A stretch of 64,000 bases of DNA from IMG/VR virus record IMGVR_UViG_3300042867_001113. One strand, given 5' to 3'. Every line of letters begins with the position of its first letter. Position 1 is the first letter of the stretch. The notes below the pieces were generated by a model. It searched no databases. It saw only the letters and a list, made by a program, of their open reading frames with translations, and was not told the origin of the DNA. This document shows positions 45,468 through 53,833 of this stretch, in pieces. This DNA comes from a virus. A program made the position numbers and the translations under genes.

Positions 45468-47521
45468 TTCTTGGCACCCGACTTCGTCGCTCGATGGGCC
45501 GCGAGTAGCTCAGGAGGGGGCACCGCGAACGGATCGTGTTTGACCGATTCCAGCCATTCCGCGTACTCGGTCTTGTTCATCGGGGTCTTGATGAGGCGCC
45601 GCAGCTCGGCGAAGACCGAGGCGTGGCAGGCGTAGAGCAAGCCGATGGTCGGGACGCCGTCGCGAGTCTTTGTCAGGAGCGGGCCGAACTTGTCCCAATG
45701 GAGCACGAACCCGCGCACGAGATGTTCGACCGTGGCCTCGTCGCCGCCGTAGCCTTCGAGGAGGTCCGTGATCAGCTTCCCCTCCTTGCGGGCGAGGAGC
45801 TTCCCTCCCTCGCGCTTGAACCAAGCGATCTGAGGCACGTCCGGGAAGGCGGTGCCCATCTCCTCGCGCCATGCCAGCTCGATACGTTGCGCCCCGGGCT
45901 TCTGACTCCGGTACGAGGCATCGCTGGTCAGGTTGGCCTTCTTGCGCTCCTTGGTGCGCTGCTTCTGAAATTTTGCCTCCACCGCAGCCCGACTTCGCTG
46001 TTTGGCCTGTTCCACCACCGCCAGCACCGCAGAGAGGTCTGGGGGAACCGCCGGGAGGGCCTCCCCAGCCCCGGGAACGGCCTCCTGAGCCTCGATCGGG
46101 GGTTCGGGTGGGGTTCGGGTAGGGTCGGGGGGTCTGGTGCGGCTGGGAGGCGTCACGCGGGGTTCCTCGCTTCGAGATGGGTCCGCCGAACCAGTAACCG
46201 ATGTTTTCACGTTTCCCGACCGCAAGCCGCCGACGGGGGAAAGGGGGGCGGGCGGCGCAGGGGGTTTGGGGGTCGGCTCCGGGTCCGGGTCCGGAAACGA
46301 GTTCAACAACGAGTTCGAGTTCAGCAGCGAGTTCGTGTTGAGCGGCGAAGCTACGAAGCCTGAATCGAGATCGCGACCGAGGCAGACGAAGGCTGCCGAA
46401 GGTTCGCTGCCTGCACCGAAGGGAGAAAGGATCAAATACGTAGTATTTGAGCCTTTCCCCGTAGGGGAAGGCATTCTATGTCCATTATGTATGTACGGAT
46501 TTTCAGCCGTCGTAACTCCCTGAAAACTCGGCTGAAACTCGATGTCGTACCCCGTTTCTGATGTTCTCTCAGGGGACATCTGATGTCCCCTCAGGGGACA
46601 TCGCAGCTCGCTCTCGGCGCTTTCTGACTCGCCACAATTCAGGGACTTAGCTGAAGCACTTTCGGCGATTTCGGCGAATCCACGTCCGATGAGCACATCG
46701 CGCGCTTGGGGACAGCTGATGTCACCGGAAAAATTCCAGACTGCCGAGTTTTCAAGGGGTTGCAGCAGATTGAGTTGGATGGCGTCGGTCTTCCAGAGGA
46801 CATCGCCTGCTTCGACGGCAGTCAGAGGCGGATGGAACCAAGAGGGGACATCGAACCCCTCGGCGATGGGGAGGACGCTCTTGAAGGGGATGCGCGAGGG
46901 CTGAGGCGAGGGCTGAGGCTTCGACTGCTTCAGCTTGGGTCCAGCGGTCGGCTTGAGGTGGACGACCGGCATTGTGTACCCAGCGGGGAGGGCTCCTGCC
47001 TTGCTCAAGACCTCGGCTGATGTCGCGTGCTGGTTGGTTGGGGAGAGCTTGCGGTAGGACGTTCCCCAGCAAGCCTTGGCGCGCTCGTCGGCCTTCTCGT
47101 ACCAGTCTTGCTGCACTGCGTCAGCGTAGACGGCTTCCACCCACGTCGACCCTTGCGGACGTCGGATGCCAAGCTCGTAGATTTTGTCGCGCCCGGTCCG
47201 CCCACCCATCACGATCCAGCCGAGGTCGGCAAGTTTTCGGAGCTGCTTGTTCACGCGGGGGCGAGAGACGCCGGAGACTTCCGCGAGCTGAGACTGGCTG
47301 ACCTTGGCTGAGAGGAAGCCGAGCACGGTCCGCTCGCAGAGGTCTTCGGGACCATATGTTTCCTGTCGCCAGACAAAGGTACGTAGCGCGTCGTAGACGG
47401 CGAGAGCCTGCAGACCCATCAGGGATGGGAGGTGGAGTCGGTGGCGGAGGTGGAGAACTTGGTCGAAGCCGGTCGGGACTACTGCGCTGCTGGAAGTCTG
47501 TGCGCGCGCCTGCTTCGCCAT
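45464..47521 (-). CDS. Putative replication initiator (N-terminal winged HTH)
   Basis: SQSQLAEVSGVSRPRVNKQLRKLADLGWI wHTH; upstream of loader-helicase-primase; internal repeats. Confidence 0.7.
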   Translation of the reverse strand: MAKQARAQTSSSAVVPTGFDQVLHLRHRLHLPSLMGLQALAVYDALRTFVWRQETYGPEDLCERTVLGFLSAKVSQSQLAEVSGVSRPRVNKQLRKLADLGWIVMGGRTGRDKIYELGIRRPQGSTWVEAVYADAVQQDWYEKADERAKACWGTSYRKLSPTNQHATSAEVLSKAGALPAGYTMPVVHLKPTAGPKLKQSKPQPSPQPSRIPFKSVLPIAEGFDVPSWFHPPLTAVEAGDVLWKTDAIQLNLLQPLENSAVWNFSGDISCPQARDVLIGRGFAEIAESASAKSLNCGESESAESELRCPLRGHQMSPERTSETGYDIEFQPSFQGVTTAENPYIHNGHRMPSPTGKGSNTTYLILSPFGAGSEPSAAFVCLGRDLDSGFVASPLNTNSLLNSNSLLNSFPDPDPEPTPKPPAPPAPLSPVGGLRSGNVKTSVTGSADPSRSEEPRVTPPSRTRPPDPTRTPPEPPIEAQEAVPGAGEALPAVPPDLSAVLAVVEQAKQRSRAAVEAKFQKQRTKERKKANLTSDASYRSQKPGAQRIELAWREEMGTAFPDVPQIAWFKREGGKLLARKEGKLITDLLEGYGGDEATVEHLVRGFVLHWDKFGPLLTKTRDGVPTIGLLYACHASVFAELRRLIKTPMNKTEYAEWLESVKHDPFAVPPPELLAAHRATKSGAKK
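46559..46602. repeat. Tandem 22-bp palindromic iteron-like repeat (candidate origin)
   Basis: TGATGTTCTCTCAGGGGACATC + TGATGTCCCCTCAGGGGACATC; extra AGGGGACATC at 46843. Confidence 0.65.
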
Positions 47522-47618
47522 GAGTGCTCCAGAGTGATCCCGCCTCGGTCAGCGGGGGCCAATTCCTGCCGGATGTCCCGAAGGCACGCAAACAGATTCG
47601 GCATGCTTCGCTGTTGAC

Positions 47619-47649
47619 AAAAACGGCGCTCCGAAGAGCGCCGTTTTTT
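47619..47649. terminator. Bidirectional intrinsic terminator
   Basis: AAAAACGGCGCTC-CGAA-GAGCGCCGTTTTTT. Confidence 0.85.
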
Positions 47650-47670
47650 CGTTATCTTGCGGGCAGATCC

Positions 47671-49896
47671 TCAACCACCTTTGAGGTGGTTGGAGAACGA
47701 GGTGGAGACCAGATCCACCAGTGTTTTCGTCAAGGACTCAAATTTTACACCCTGCTTGACACGCTTCCATCGGCGGCGGTTGCCGAACATCTGCAGGCAG
47801 GCAGCATCCTTGATGCCGTCTCCGATCACGAGCGTCGTGGTCTCGACTTTCAGCTTCGCCGCGCGCATCAGCTCTCTTTGGACGGCACCGTAAGAGGTCT
47901 TACCGTCGAGGACGTCGGAGTGGTTGGGATCCCCGTCGGTCAAGAGGATGAGGTGCTTCTTCTCGTACCCCGTGCTCAACCAGTTCAGTGCGACTCGGAT
48001 TGCCGTTGCCATCGGCGTTGTACCGATGGCAGGCATCTCGCTGCTGTCTGCGACGTCGAGGTTGGGGGCGATGCGTGAGAGGTGAACCGAGTCGCCGCTG
48101 CCGTGGAATCCCCACGAGTGCATCTCGACGTTCTGGATCTTCAACGCCCCTCGCAGGATGCGTGCTGCGCGCTCGACCGCATCTGATGGGAGCCCCTGCA
48201 TCGAGGAGGATCGGTCAGTGAGGATCAGCACCTTGAACCCGCGCCCAGACACGTCGGTGCGGAACACCGGGCCAACCTGACCGGACACCCTCTGTGCAAT
48301 CAGAGCCTGTACGTCGATCTCAACTCCGTCGTCGGTGAGCGCCTTTGCGTTTCGATTTTTCACGCGGTGGAAGGTGTCCTTCATGCGCGCCACCGTGCGT
48401 TGGTCGTCGGGCTTGAGGGGTGGCACCTTGTAGGAGGCTTCGGTGATGTCCCTGAAGACCACTCGGGAGCCCACGTTGCGTGTGTTCCATTCTCGCTCTG
48501 TCGGTTCAGCCACCTGCTCAAGGGCTTCTTGGATGGTGTCCATCACCTTGACCATGTCTCCCTCGGACTTATCGAGGAAGGCATCGAGGGCGTCCTTGTT
48601 GGAGACGTCGGTCGCATATGCGTCAGCGACGAGCTTCCGAGCGCTGGCCGAGAGGCTGTGGTCTTTTGACGCCGACGGCTTGTCGTTGTTCACCCGGTCG
48701 AGGGCAGCCTGCATGGGAGACTTTGCTGCCTGCCCCATCGTTCGCGCAGCTTCGAGGAGCTTCTTGAAGGCGTCGATCCGCTCTTCCGGAGTGGCGTCCA
48801 CCTTGGGTGGTTCCCAATCCGCACCTCCACCTTGAGCGCCACCTTGCCCGTCGCCTTTGTCAGCCGACGGTTGAGGCTGCGTTGAGAACTGCGCGGAGTC
48901 GTCAGGTTGAGTCCCCTTGCCGCCGCCTTTGGCGTCGTCACCGGCCTTCTGCTTGCTCTTGGCAGGAGGCGCACCATCGAGTCCCGGGGCGCCTCCGTCG
49001 TCACCCGCGTCACCGTCACCGTTGCTGCCATCTGCATCATCGGCACCGCCATCGCTGTCGTCGTTGCCAGCGTCTCCCCCGAAGGCATCACCCATGTCGT
49101 CGAGGTCGGTCTTCATGGTCGACTTGCCTGCCTTGGGAGGAGGCGGGAGCTTCTTGGTGATGCGGATCATCTCGGAGACGATCTGGGTCATCAGCCACTT
49201 GCCGATCACGAACGTGGACCCCGGGCCCTTGCGCTCGACCTTCTTCAGCGAAGCGACCATCGCGGGCTCGAAGCGGTCGAACACACCGGGAGGGATCTTC
49301 GCGTTGTAGGCCACGCAGAGGAAGTAGCCGATGATGTCGTCGTGCGCGGTTGCTTTCTTCTTCTCGACGATGGACCGGCTGTGCTCTTCGAGGCGCTTGT
49401 AGCTGCCGGGGTAGAGCATGGCCCAGAGGCTGTTGACGCGATGGTCCTCGATGATGTTCAGGATCGTGCCGACCATGTTCGTCAGATAGTTGCGGTCGTC
49501 TGGCGACATCACCGTACCGAAGGCGGCGAGGGCCTTCGACACCTGCAGGACGTACTGCTCGCAGAAGTTCTTCTTCGCCTCGAAGTTCGACTTGAACAGG
49601 TTGTGCGAGATCTCGTGCTCAACAAATTCGTAGAAGTAGGGGTGGTCGACAGGCGCCCCGATGTTGAAACCGTCGGTGTACGCGAACTTCGCCGGGATCA
49701 GCTGAAGCTTGCGACCCAAGAGGCGGCTGAAGGTCGACACTGTTTTCGTCGCTGCGACCAACCGGCCCTGTTGAAGATGCTCCTGCGACTCCTGCGCGAG
49801 CAGCTGCCCGTAGCGTTCGAGGCTGGCAAGGTCATTGACCTGTGCGAGGACGGAATCGAGGGTGATGTTCTTGACGGCGTTCTGGTTCATGCTCAC
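47671..49896 (-). CDS. VWA-domain protein (CobT-like) with HExxH N-terminal domain
   Basis: HEISH, NIIED.RV, acidic Gly linker, MIDAS DRSSSM, GTTPM, LLTDGDP. Confidence 0.88.
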   Translation of the reverse strand: MSMNQNAVKNITLDSVLAQVNDLASLERYGQLLAQESQEHLQQGRLVAATKTVSTFSRLLGRKLQLIPAKFAYTDGFNIGAPVDHPYFYEFVEHEISHNLFKSNFEAKKNFCEQYVLQVSKALAAFGTVMSPDDRNYLTNMVGTILNIIEDHRVNSLWAMLYPGSYKRLEEHSRSIVEKKKATAHDDIIGYFLCVAYNAKIPPGVFDRFEPAMVASLKKVERKGPGSTFVIGKWLMTQIVSEMIRITKKLPPPPKAGKSTMKTDLDDMGDAFGGDAGNDDSDGGADDADGSNGDGDAGDDGGAPGLDGAPPAKSKQKAGDDAKGGGKGTQPDDSAQFSTQPQPSADKGDGQGGAQGGGADWEPPKVDATPEERIDAFKKLLEAARTMGQAAKSPMQAALDRVNNDKPSASKDHSLSASARKLVADAYATDVSNKDALDAFLDKSEGDMVKVMDTIQEALEQVAEPTEREWNTRNVGSRVVFRDITEASYKVPPLKPDDQRTVARMKDTFHRVKNRNAKALTDDGVEIDVQALIAQRVSGQVGPVFRTDVSGRGFKVLILTDRSSSMQGLPSDAVERAARILRGALKIQNVEMHSWGFHGSGDSVHLSRIAPNLDVADSSEMPAIGTTPMATAIRVALNWLSTGYEKKHLILLTDGDPNHSDVLDGKTSYGAVQRELMRAAKLKVETTTLVIGDGIKDAACLQMFGNRRRWKRVKQGVKFESLTKTLVDLVSTSFSNHLKGG

Positions 49897-50735
49897 ACCT
49901 TCTCGGTCAGGGTGTAACCGAAGATCGAGGACACTCGCGCCTTGACCATCGTCTGGTCTTCGCCCTCGAACTTGCCGAGGACAATCCGAAGCGCGCGCTC
50001 CATCCCGACCGTGGCGCTATCCTCAAGCACCTGAACAACGTCGCGGGGGCTGAGCGCGTATTCAAGGGACTTCTGTCGGGTCTCCTGCGCGAGCAGCATG
50101 ACCTTCTTCATGCTGACCGGGTCGACCTTGCCAGCGAAGTGCGCGGCGATGATCTTGGCCTCTTCCTCGGGCTGGGGGTAGCCGAGCGAGAGCATGCGGA
50201 AGCGGCTCTTGAGGTCTTCGTTCAGTGCGTACACGCCCCCGTAAGCAGAGGTGTTCATCGTGCCGACCACCCAGAGCTTCGCGTCCTTCTTCAGCTCGAA
50301 GACCCGGTTGCACTCAGGCACCTCCATGCGTCGTCGGAAGTCGGCGATCGGGTTGAGCACCTTCTGCATCTGGGGCGAGAGCCCGTTGATCTCTTCGAGG
50401 ACAAGGATGCAGGATCCGACCTCGTTGGCGACCTCAAAAGCCGTCGTGATGGGGCCGAGGATGAAGGGGGTCTCATTCCCCTTCAGGACGTACATGCCGA
50501 GGAGGTTGGCGCGGCGAACGTCCTCGCTGCAGTCGAAGGTGACGATCGGCGTCTTCGCCTTCGCAGCGTAGCTCTGGAAGGACATCGTCTTGCCGATGCC
50601 CTTGGGTCCGACGAGGATGAGGTTTGACCGGAAGGCGAGTCCATCAAAGAGCCCGTGGAGGCCCCAGACGTCGGCGTAGGGAAGGTTGTCACGCGCGGCG
50701 TAAGTCGTGGACGGGAGGCGTTCGATTGAGGTCAT
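49893..50735 (-). CDS. MoxR/CbbQ-type AAA+ ATPase
   Basis: GPKGIGKT, LVLEEIN, GTMN..YGG..LNEDLKSRF, SPR. Confidence 0.9.
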   Translation of the reverse strand: MTSIERLPSTTYAARDNLPYADVWGLHGLFDGLAFRSNLILVGPKGIGKTMSFQSYAAKAKTPIVTFDCSEDVRRANLLGMYVLKGNETPFILGPITTAFEVANEVGSCILVLEEINGLSPQMQKVLNPIADFRRRMEVPECNRVFELKKDAKLWVVGTMNTSAYGGVYALNEDLKSRFRMLSLGYPQPEEEAKIIAAHFAGKVDPVSMKKVMLLAQETRQKSLEYALSPRDVVQVLEDSATVGMERALRIVLGKFEGEDQTMVKARVSSIFGYTLTEKV

Positions 50736-50783
50736 GGTTTGCTCCTGAACAAGATGTAACTGGTTGGAAGGTGGTTCAAAGGA

Positions 50784-51317
50784 TCAGCGCCGCGTTTTCT
50801 TTGCGGGGATCACTCCAGAAGGGACGCTGCTTTCGAGCAGGCTCTCCAGCTCGCCTGATGGCTTGACCACGAGCGCCCACGTCACTTTGTAGAGGGCCTT
50901 TGCTTCAGCCTCGGTCAGCTGCCCATTCTCGACGAGGAGCGCGACTTTGCTGGGGTTCGCGACGTGGACGTGGACCTTGTCGAACGCCTTGGTGATGTCG
51001 AGGTTCTTCGATTCAAGAAGCGCCATCAGCGCTTTCTCGTCGGGGGCTGACGCGACCCGCTTCTCTTTGATCACCGTGTGATTATTGACGGTGAGCCGGA
51101 AGCCCCCCTTCTCAGTCACGTCGCCTTTGTCGGCTTCAACAAGAAGGTTCTCGCGGATGACTTCGCGTCGACCCTTCGAGACCTCTTCGATGAAGTGGAC
51201 GGCAGCGTAGGCTTCGACTTGCTCTGCGAGCGAGAGTGCAGCCGTAGGTGTCTCGAACTCACCGCGATGCGTGAGAACGTGGACGATGGCGGCGATGCTG
51301 GGGATCTTCTCGGTCAT
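50784..51317 (-). CDS. Hypothetical protein
   Basis: ATG 51317 with GGAGG RBS. Confidence 0.65.
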   Translation of the reverse strand: MTEKIPSIAAIVHVLTHRGEFETPTAALSLAEQVEAYAAVHFIEEVSKGRREVIRENLLVEADKGDVTEKGGFRLTVNNHTVIKEKRVASAPDEKALMALLESKNLDITKAFDKVHVHVANPSKVALLVENGQLTEAEAKALYKVTWALVVKPSGELESLLESSVPSGVIPAKKTRR

Positions 51318-51524
51318 GTTGCCTCCGTGCGGGAACCATCCCGCGTGCTGGAGGAGTAACACCGATTTCCACGGCTTCACCGTGCGGTTTTTGACGACGT
51401 CAACCCAGAGAAGAGGGGTTGAACGCTCACTCCGGCAGCCGCGTGGTCAGGGCTGGCTTCGGCCACCGTGTAGTTTTCTGCTCATCAGTATGGTGAGGGT
51501 TGAGATGCCCTCACCATGCCTTCA

Positions 51525-51959
51525 TCAAACGCCTGAAAAACCGCGCGCTCGGGGGGCAAACAGCGGGCAGTCCGCAGCGCCCGATGACGAGAAGTAGCAG
51601 GGACGCCCGTGCTGATGAGACGACGTGCAGACCATCGGAGGTCCACCGTCTTGGCGAACCATGTGCGCGAAGTGCTGGCAGACATGGTTGGTGGGTTGGC
51701 GCACCCCGATCTCGACGAGCTTGAGCGGCGGGGGAGGAGATGGAGGCGGAACGGGTCGGTCCGACAGGTCGCGCTTGCGGTCGCTCACGTCCAGTTGACG
51801 GAACGCTTCGTCCATCACAGCGGGAGCAGCACGGAGGTCGCCTCGAAGGCGCTTGCGAGCCCATTCTGCCAACGAGATTCCTTCGGCCTTGGCTGCCAGA
51901 GAGAACTCATCGAACTCAACCTGAGAGACCGGAACCGTGATTGCTTTTTTCTTTGTCAT
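51525..51959 (-). CDS. Ribbon-helix-helix protein with C-terminal Cys/His cluster
   Basis: ITVPVSQVEFDEFSLAAKAEGISLAEWAR; C..F, C, C, CP.F. Confidence 0.6.
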   Translation of the reverse strand: MTKKKAITVPVSQVEFDEFSLAAKAEGISLAEWARKRLRGDLRAAPAVMDEAFRQLDVSDRKRDLSDRPVPPPSPPPPLKLVEIGVRQPTNHVCQHFAHMVRQDGGPPMVCTSSHQHGRPCYFSSSGAADCPLFAPRARGFSGV

Positions 51960-52177
51960 CCATCGTCCTTCGGAGAGCCATCGCCAAGCGGCGGCAAGCC
52001 AACCTTGGCGCGGAGGTGATTCTTGAGCACTTCGCACGAGTCGTAGTTGCTGCACTCTCCGCACCCCGACACCCCGCGCCGGTACTGGCACTCAAGGATG
52101 TGTTGATCTTCAGCCTCCGTATCCGGAGACTTCTTTTCCCGAAACTCGACCGTCGAGAGGATCTCACGGAACGTCAT
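51956..52177 (-). CDS. Small Cys-rich protein
   Basis: CQ...CGEC...C; strong RBS. Confidence 0.6.
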   Translation of the reverse strand: MTFREILSTVEFREKKSPDTEAEDQHILECQYRRGVSGCGECSNYDSCEVLKNHLRAKVGLPPLGDGSPKDDG

Positions 52178-52213
52178 GTCTCCCCTCCCGTAACAGGGTT
52201 GCGGAAAACTTGC

Positions 52214-53041
52214 TCAGAAGGGCACCGACCCCCGCCAACCGGGCAAAACCAAGTAGAGGTGCTTCTCAAGGTCTTGAAGACGTTCTTGGACCATCTTCTG
52301 CTGCTCCAGCTGTGTCCGACTCAGGCGCTTCCCGTGCAGATCCCACTCCTCGAACAGCTCATAGGTCCGAGGCCAGTGCTGCTTCACGATCTCGGCGACA
52401 GCGTTGGCATAGACCCGGATCTCCTGCTGGGCGTTCGGCGCCATCCGCAGGCTGAGGAAGTGCAACCAGTTTCGCAGGTTCCCCTTCACGCGCATCTGTG
52501 TGTAGCGCGAGACCGGCGTGTTCACGCGTGCGACTTCGCGCACAAGTCCGAGTTCAAGTGAGTTCTCGTATCGATCGTATATCTCCTCTTGCTCGTTGCG
52601 GAATCCGCTCTGCAGCGCCCCGGCGATGTGGGGGTCGAGGGGTTCCAGCGCGGAGCCCTGCTTGTTCGTGTCCGACTGCCTGACCATGCGCTCCAGCGGG
52701 GGCACGTAGTGGAGGTTCGGCATCTGGGTGTAGCGCGCGGACAGCTCGTTGTAGGAGAGGGTCCGGTGCCTCATCCACTCACGCGCCACGAAGATCGGCA
52801 GCCGCACCTCGATGAGCAGATCGCACATCTCGAACGGGGTGTGGTGCCCTTCGCGATAGAGGTAGGTCAAGAGGCCGAGGTCGCCCTTGGGGTGGTCCGG
52901 GTAGGGCTCCCACGAGACGAAGCCCCCGCTCGTCGACATACGAGCGGCCTCGATGATGGACTCTTCGGCTCCCATCCAGTCAATCAGTTGAACGTAGCCA
53001 GCATCGAGGACAGCAGTCCGGTCATTTATCTGCAAAGGCAC
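52214..53041 (-). CDS. thyX: Flavin-dependent thymidylate synthase
   Basis: H.TPFE, RHRTLSYNELSARY, NLRNWLHFLSLR...AQ.EIR. Confidence 0.97.
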   Translation of the reverse strand: MPLQINDRTAVLDAGYVQLIDWMGAEESIIEAARMSTSGGFVSWEPYPDHPKGDLGLLTYLYREGHHTPFEMCDLLIEVRLPIFVAREWMRHRTLSYNELSARYTQMPNLHYVPPLERMVRQSDTNKQGSALEPLDPHIAGALQSGFRNEQEEIYDRYENSLELGLVREVARVNTPVSRYTQMRVKGNLRNWLHFLSLRMAPNAQQEIRVYANAVAEIVKQHWPRTYELFEEWDLHGKRLSRTQLEQQKMVQERLQDLEKHLYLVLPGWRGSVPF

Positions 53042-53102
53042 CTCTCAAGGCACCTGAGCATGACCTCTCTTGAGGAGCAAGGCTCTTCAAGAGAGCCCCG
53101 TC

Positions 53103-53360
53103 TCACCGAGGTGCTGCCTTTGACGCTGTCACGGTCCCCGAGATCAGAGGCTTTCCCCTCGCCGCTGCAGCGAGCGACGCGGCTTTGTCGAGGTTGACTG
53201 CCAGCGTGTTGAGGACGGCCCCCGTCGCTGCAAGCTTCGGAGAGATTTCGCGTCCCTCAAGCTGCCGGTGTCGGATGGTGGTGTTGAAGAGACTTGCCGC
53301 CATCGACAGCAGCGGGACCAAAGCTCCTGCAAGAGCGAGAACGTGTTCCAGACTTTGCAT
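53103..53360 (-). CDS. Small membrane protein (holin-like?)
   Basis: Hydrophobic N-terminal helix; GGGGAGG RBS. Confidence 0.45.
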   Translation of the reverse strand: MQSLEHVLALAGALVPLLSMAASLFNTTIRHRQLEGREISPKLAATGAVLNTLAVNLDKAASLAAAARGKPLISGTVTASKAAPR

Positions 53361-53408
53361 GATAGACCTCCCCCGCGATGCTGTCATGGTGGGGGGAGGT
53401 TGACCATT

Positions 53409-53714
53409 TCAGATAGTGCTGGAGGTCTTCCCGCGCTCTGCGAGCGTGATGGCGATGAAGTTGCGCTGCAGCTTGATGCCCTTCAGGGTGTCCGTGTACG
53501 GACCCTTTGCTTGGGCGAGACGCTCCTTCAGGTCGATCACAACCTTATCTTCCTCCAGAGCCTCCTCGGTGTCCGTCTCGTGGGAAGCAAGCCGCGTGAG
53601 GCGGTCTTCCAGCTCTTGCACAGAGCTGCTCAAGATAGCGTCGACGACGACGTCGGTTACCTTCTTGCGAAGCTTCTTCTCGATCTTGACCTTGCGGGTG
53701 TCGGTGCTTGTCAT
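53409..53714 (-). CDS. Coiled-coil hypothetical protein
   Basis: 101-aa ORF with AGGAG RBS. Confidence 0.65.
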   Translation of the reverse strand: MTSTDTRKVKIEKKLRKKVTDVVVDAILSSSVQELEDRLTRLASHETDTEEALEEDKVVIDLKERLAQAKGPYTDTLKGIKLQRNFIAITLAERGKTSSTI

Positions 53715-53782
53715 GCGATCTCCTGTTGAGGCGGATGTAACACGACTTCTGAAGCTTCAACGCCACTTCGATTGAACTGCTC

Positions 53783-53816
53783 AAAAGAAAGAAGGCCCCA
53801 TGAGGGGCCTTCTTCG
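53783..53816 (-). terminator. Intrinsic terminator after fibre gene
   Basis: GAAGAAGGCCCC-TCAT-GGGGCCTTCTTTCTTTT. Confidence 0.75.
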
Positions 53817-53833
53817 AGCAGGACTTCAGAGCC

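Noticed and set aside
3624-49917. Numerous long plus-strand ORFs (e.g. 3624-4847, 13307-14503, 15540-16952, 18664-20034)
   Set aside because: Antisense shadows of GC3-rich minus-strand genes with clear protein motifs
51470-51490. Hammerhead-ribozyme-like CTGATGAG...GAAA on the minus strand
   Set aside because: Only 3 nt separate CTGATGA and GAAA, so stem II cannot form; the next candidate reads CGAAG, not CGAAA
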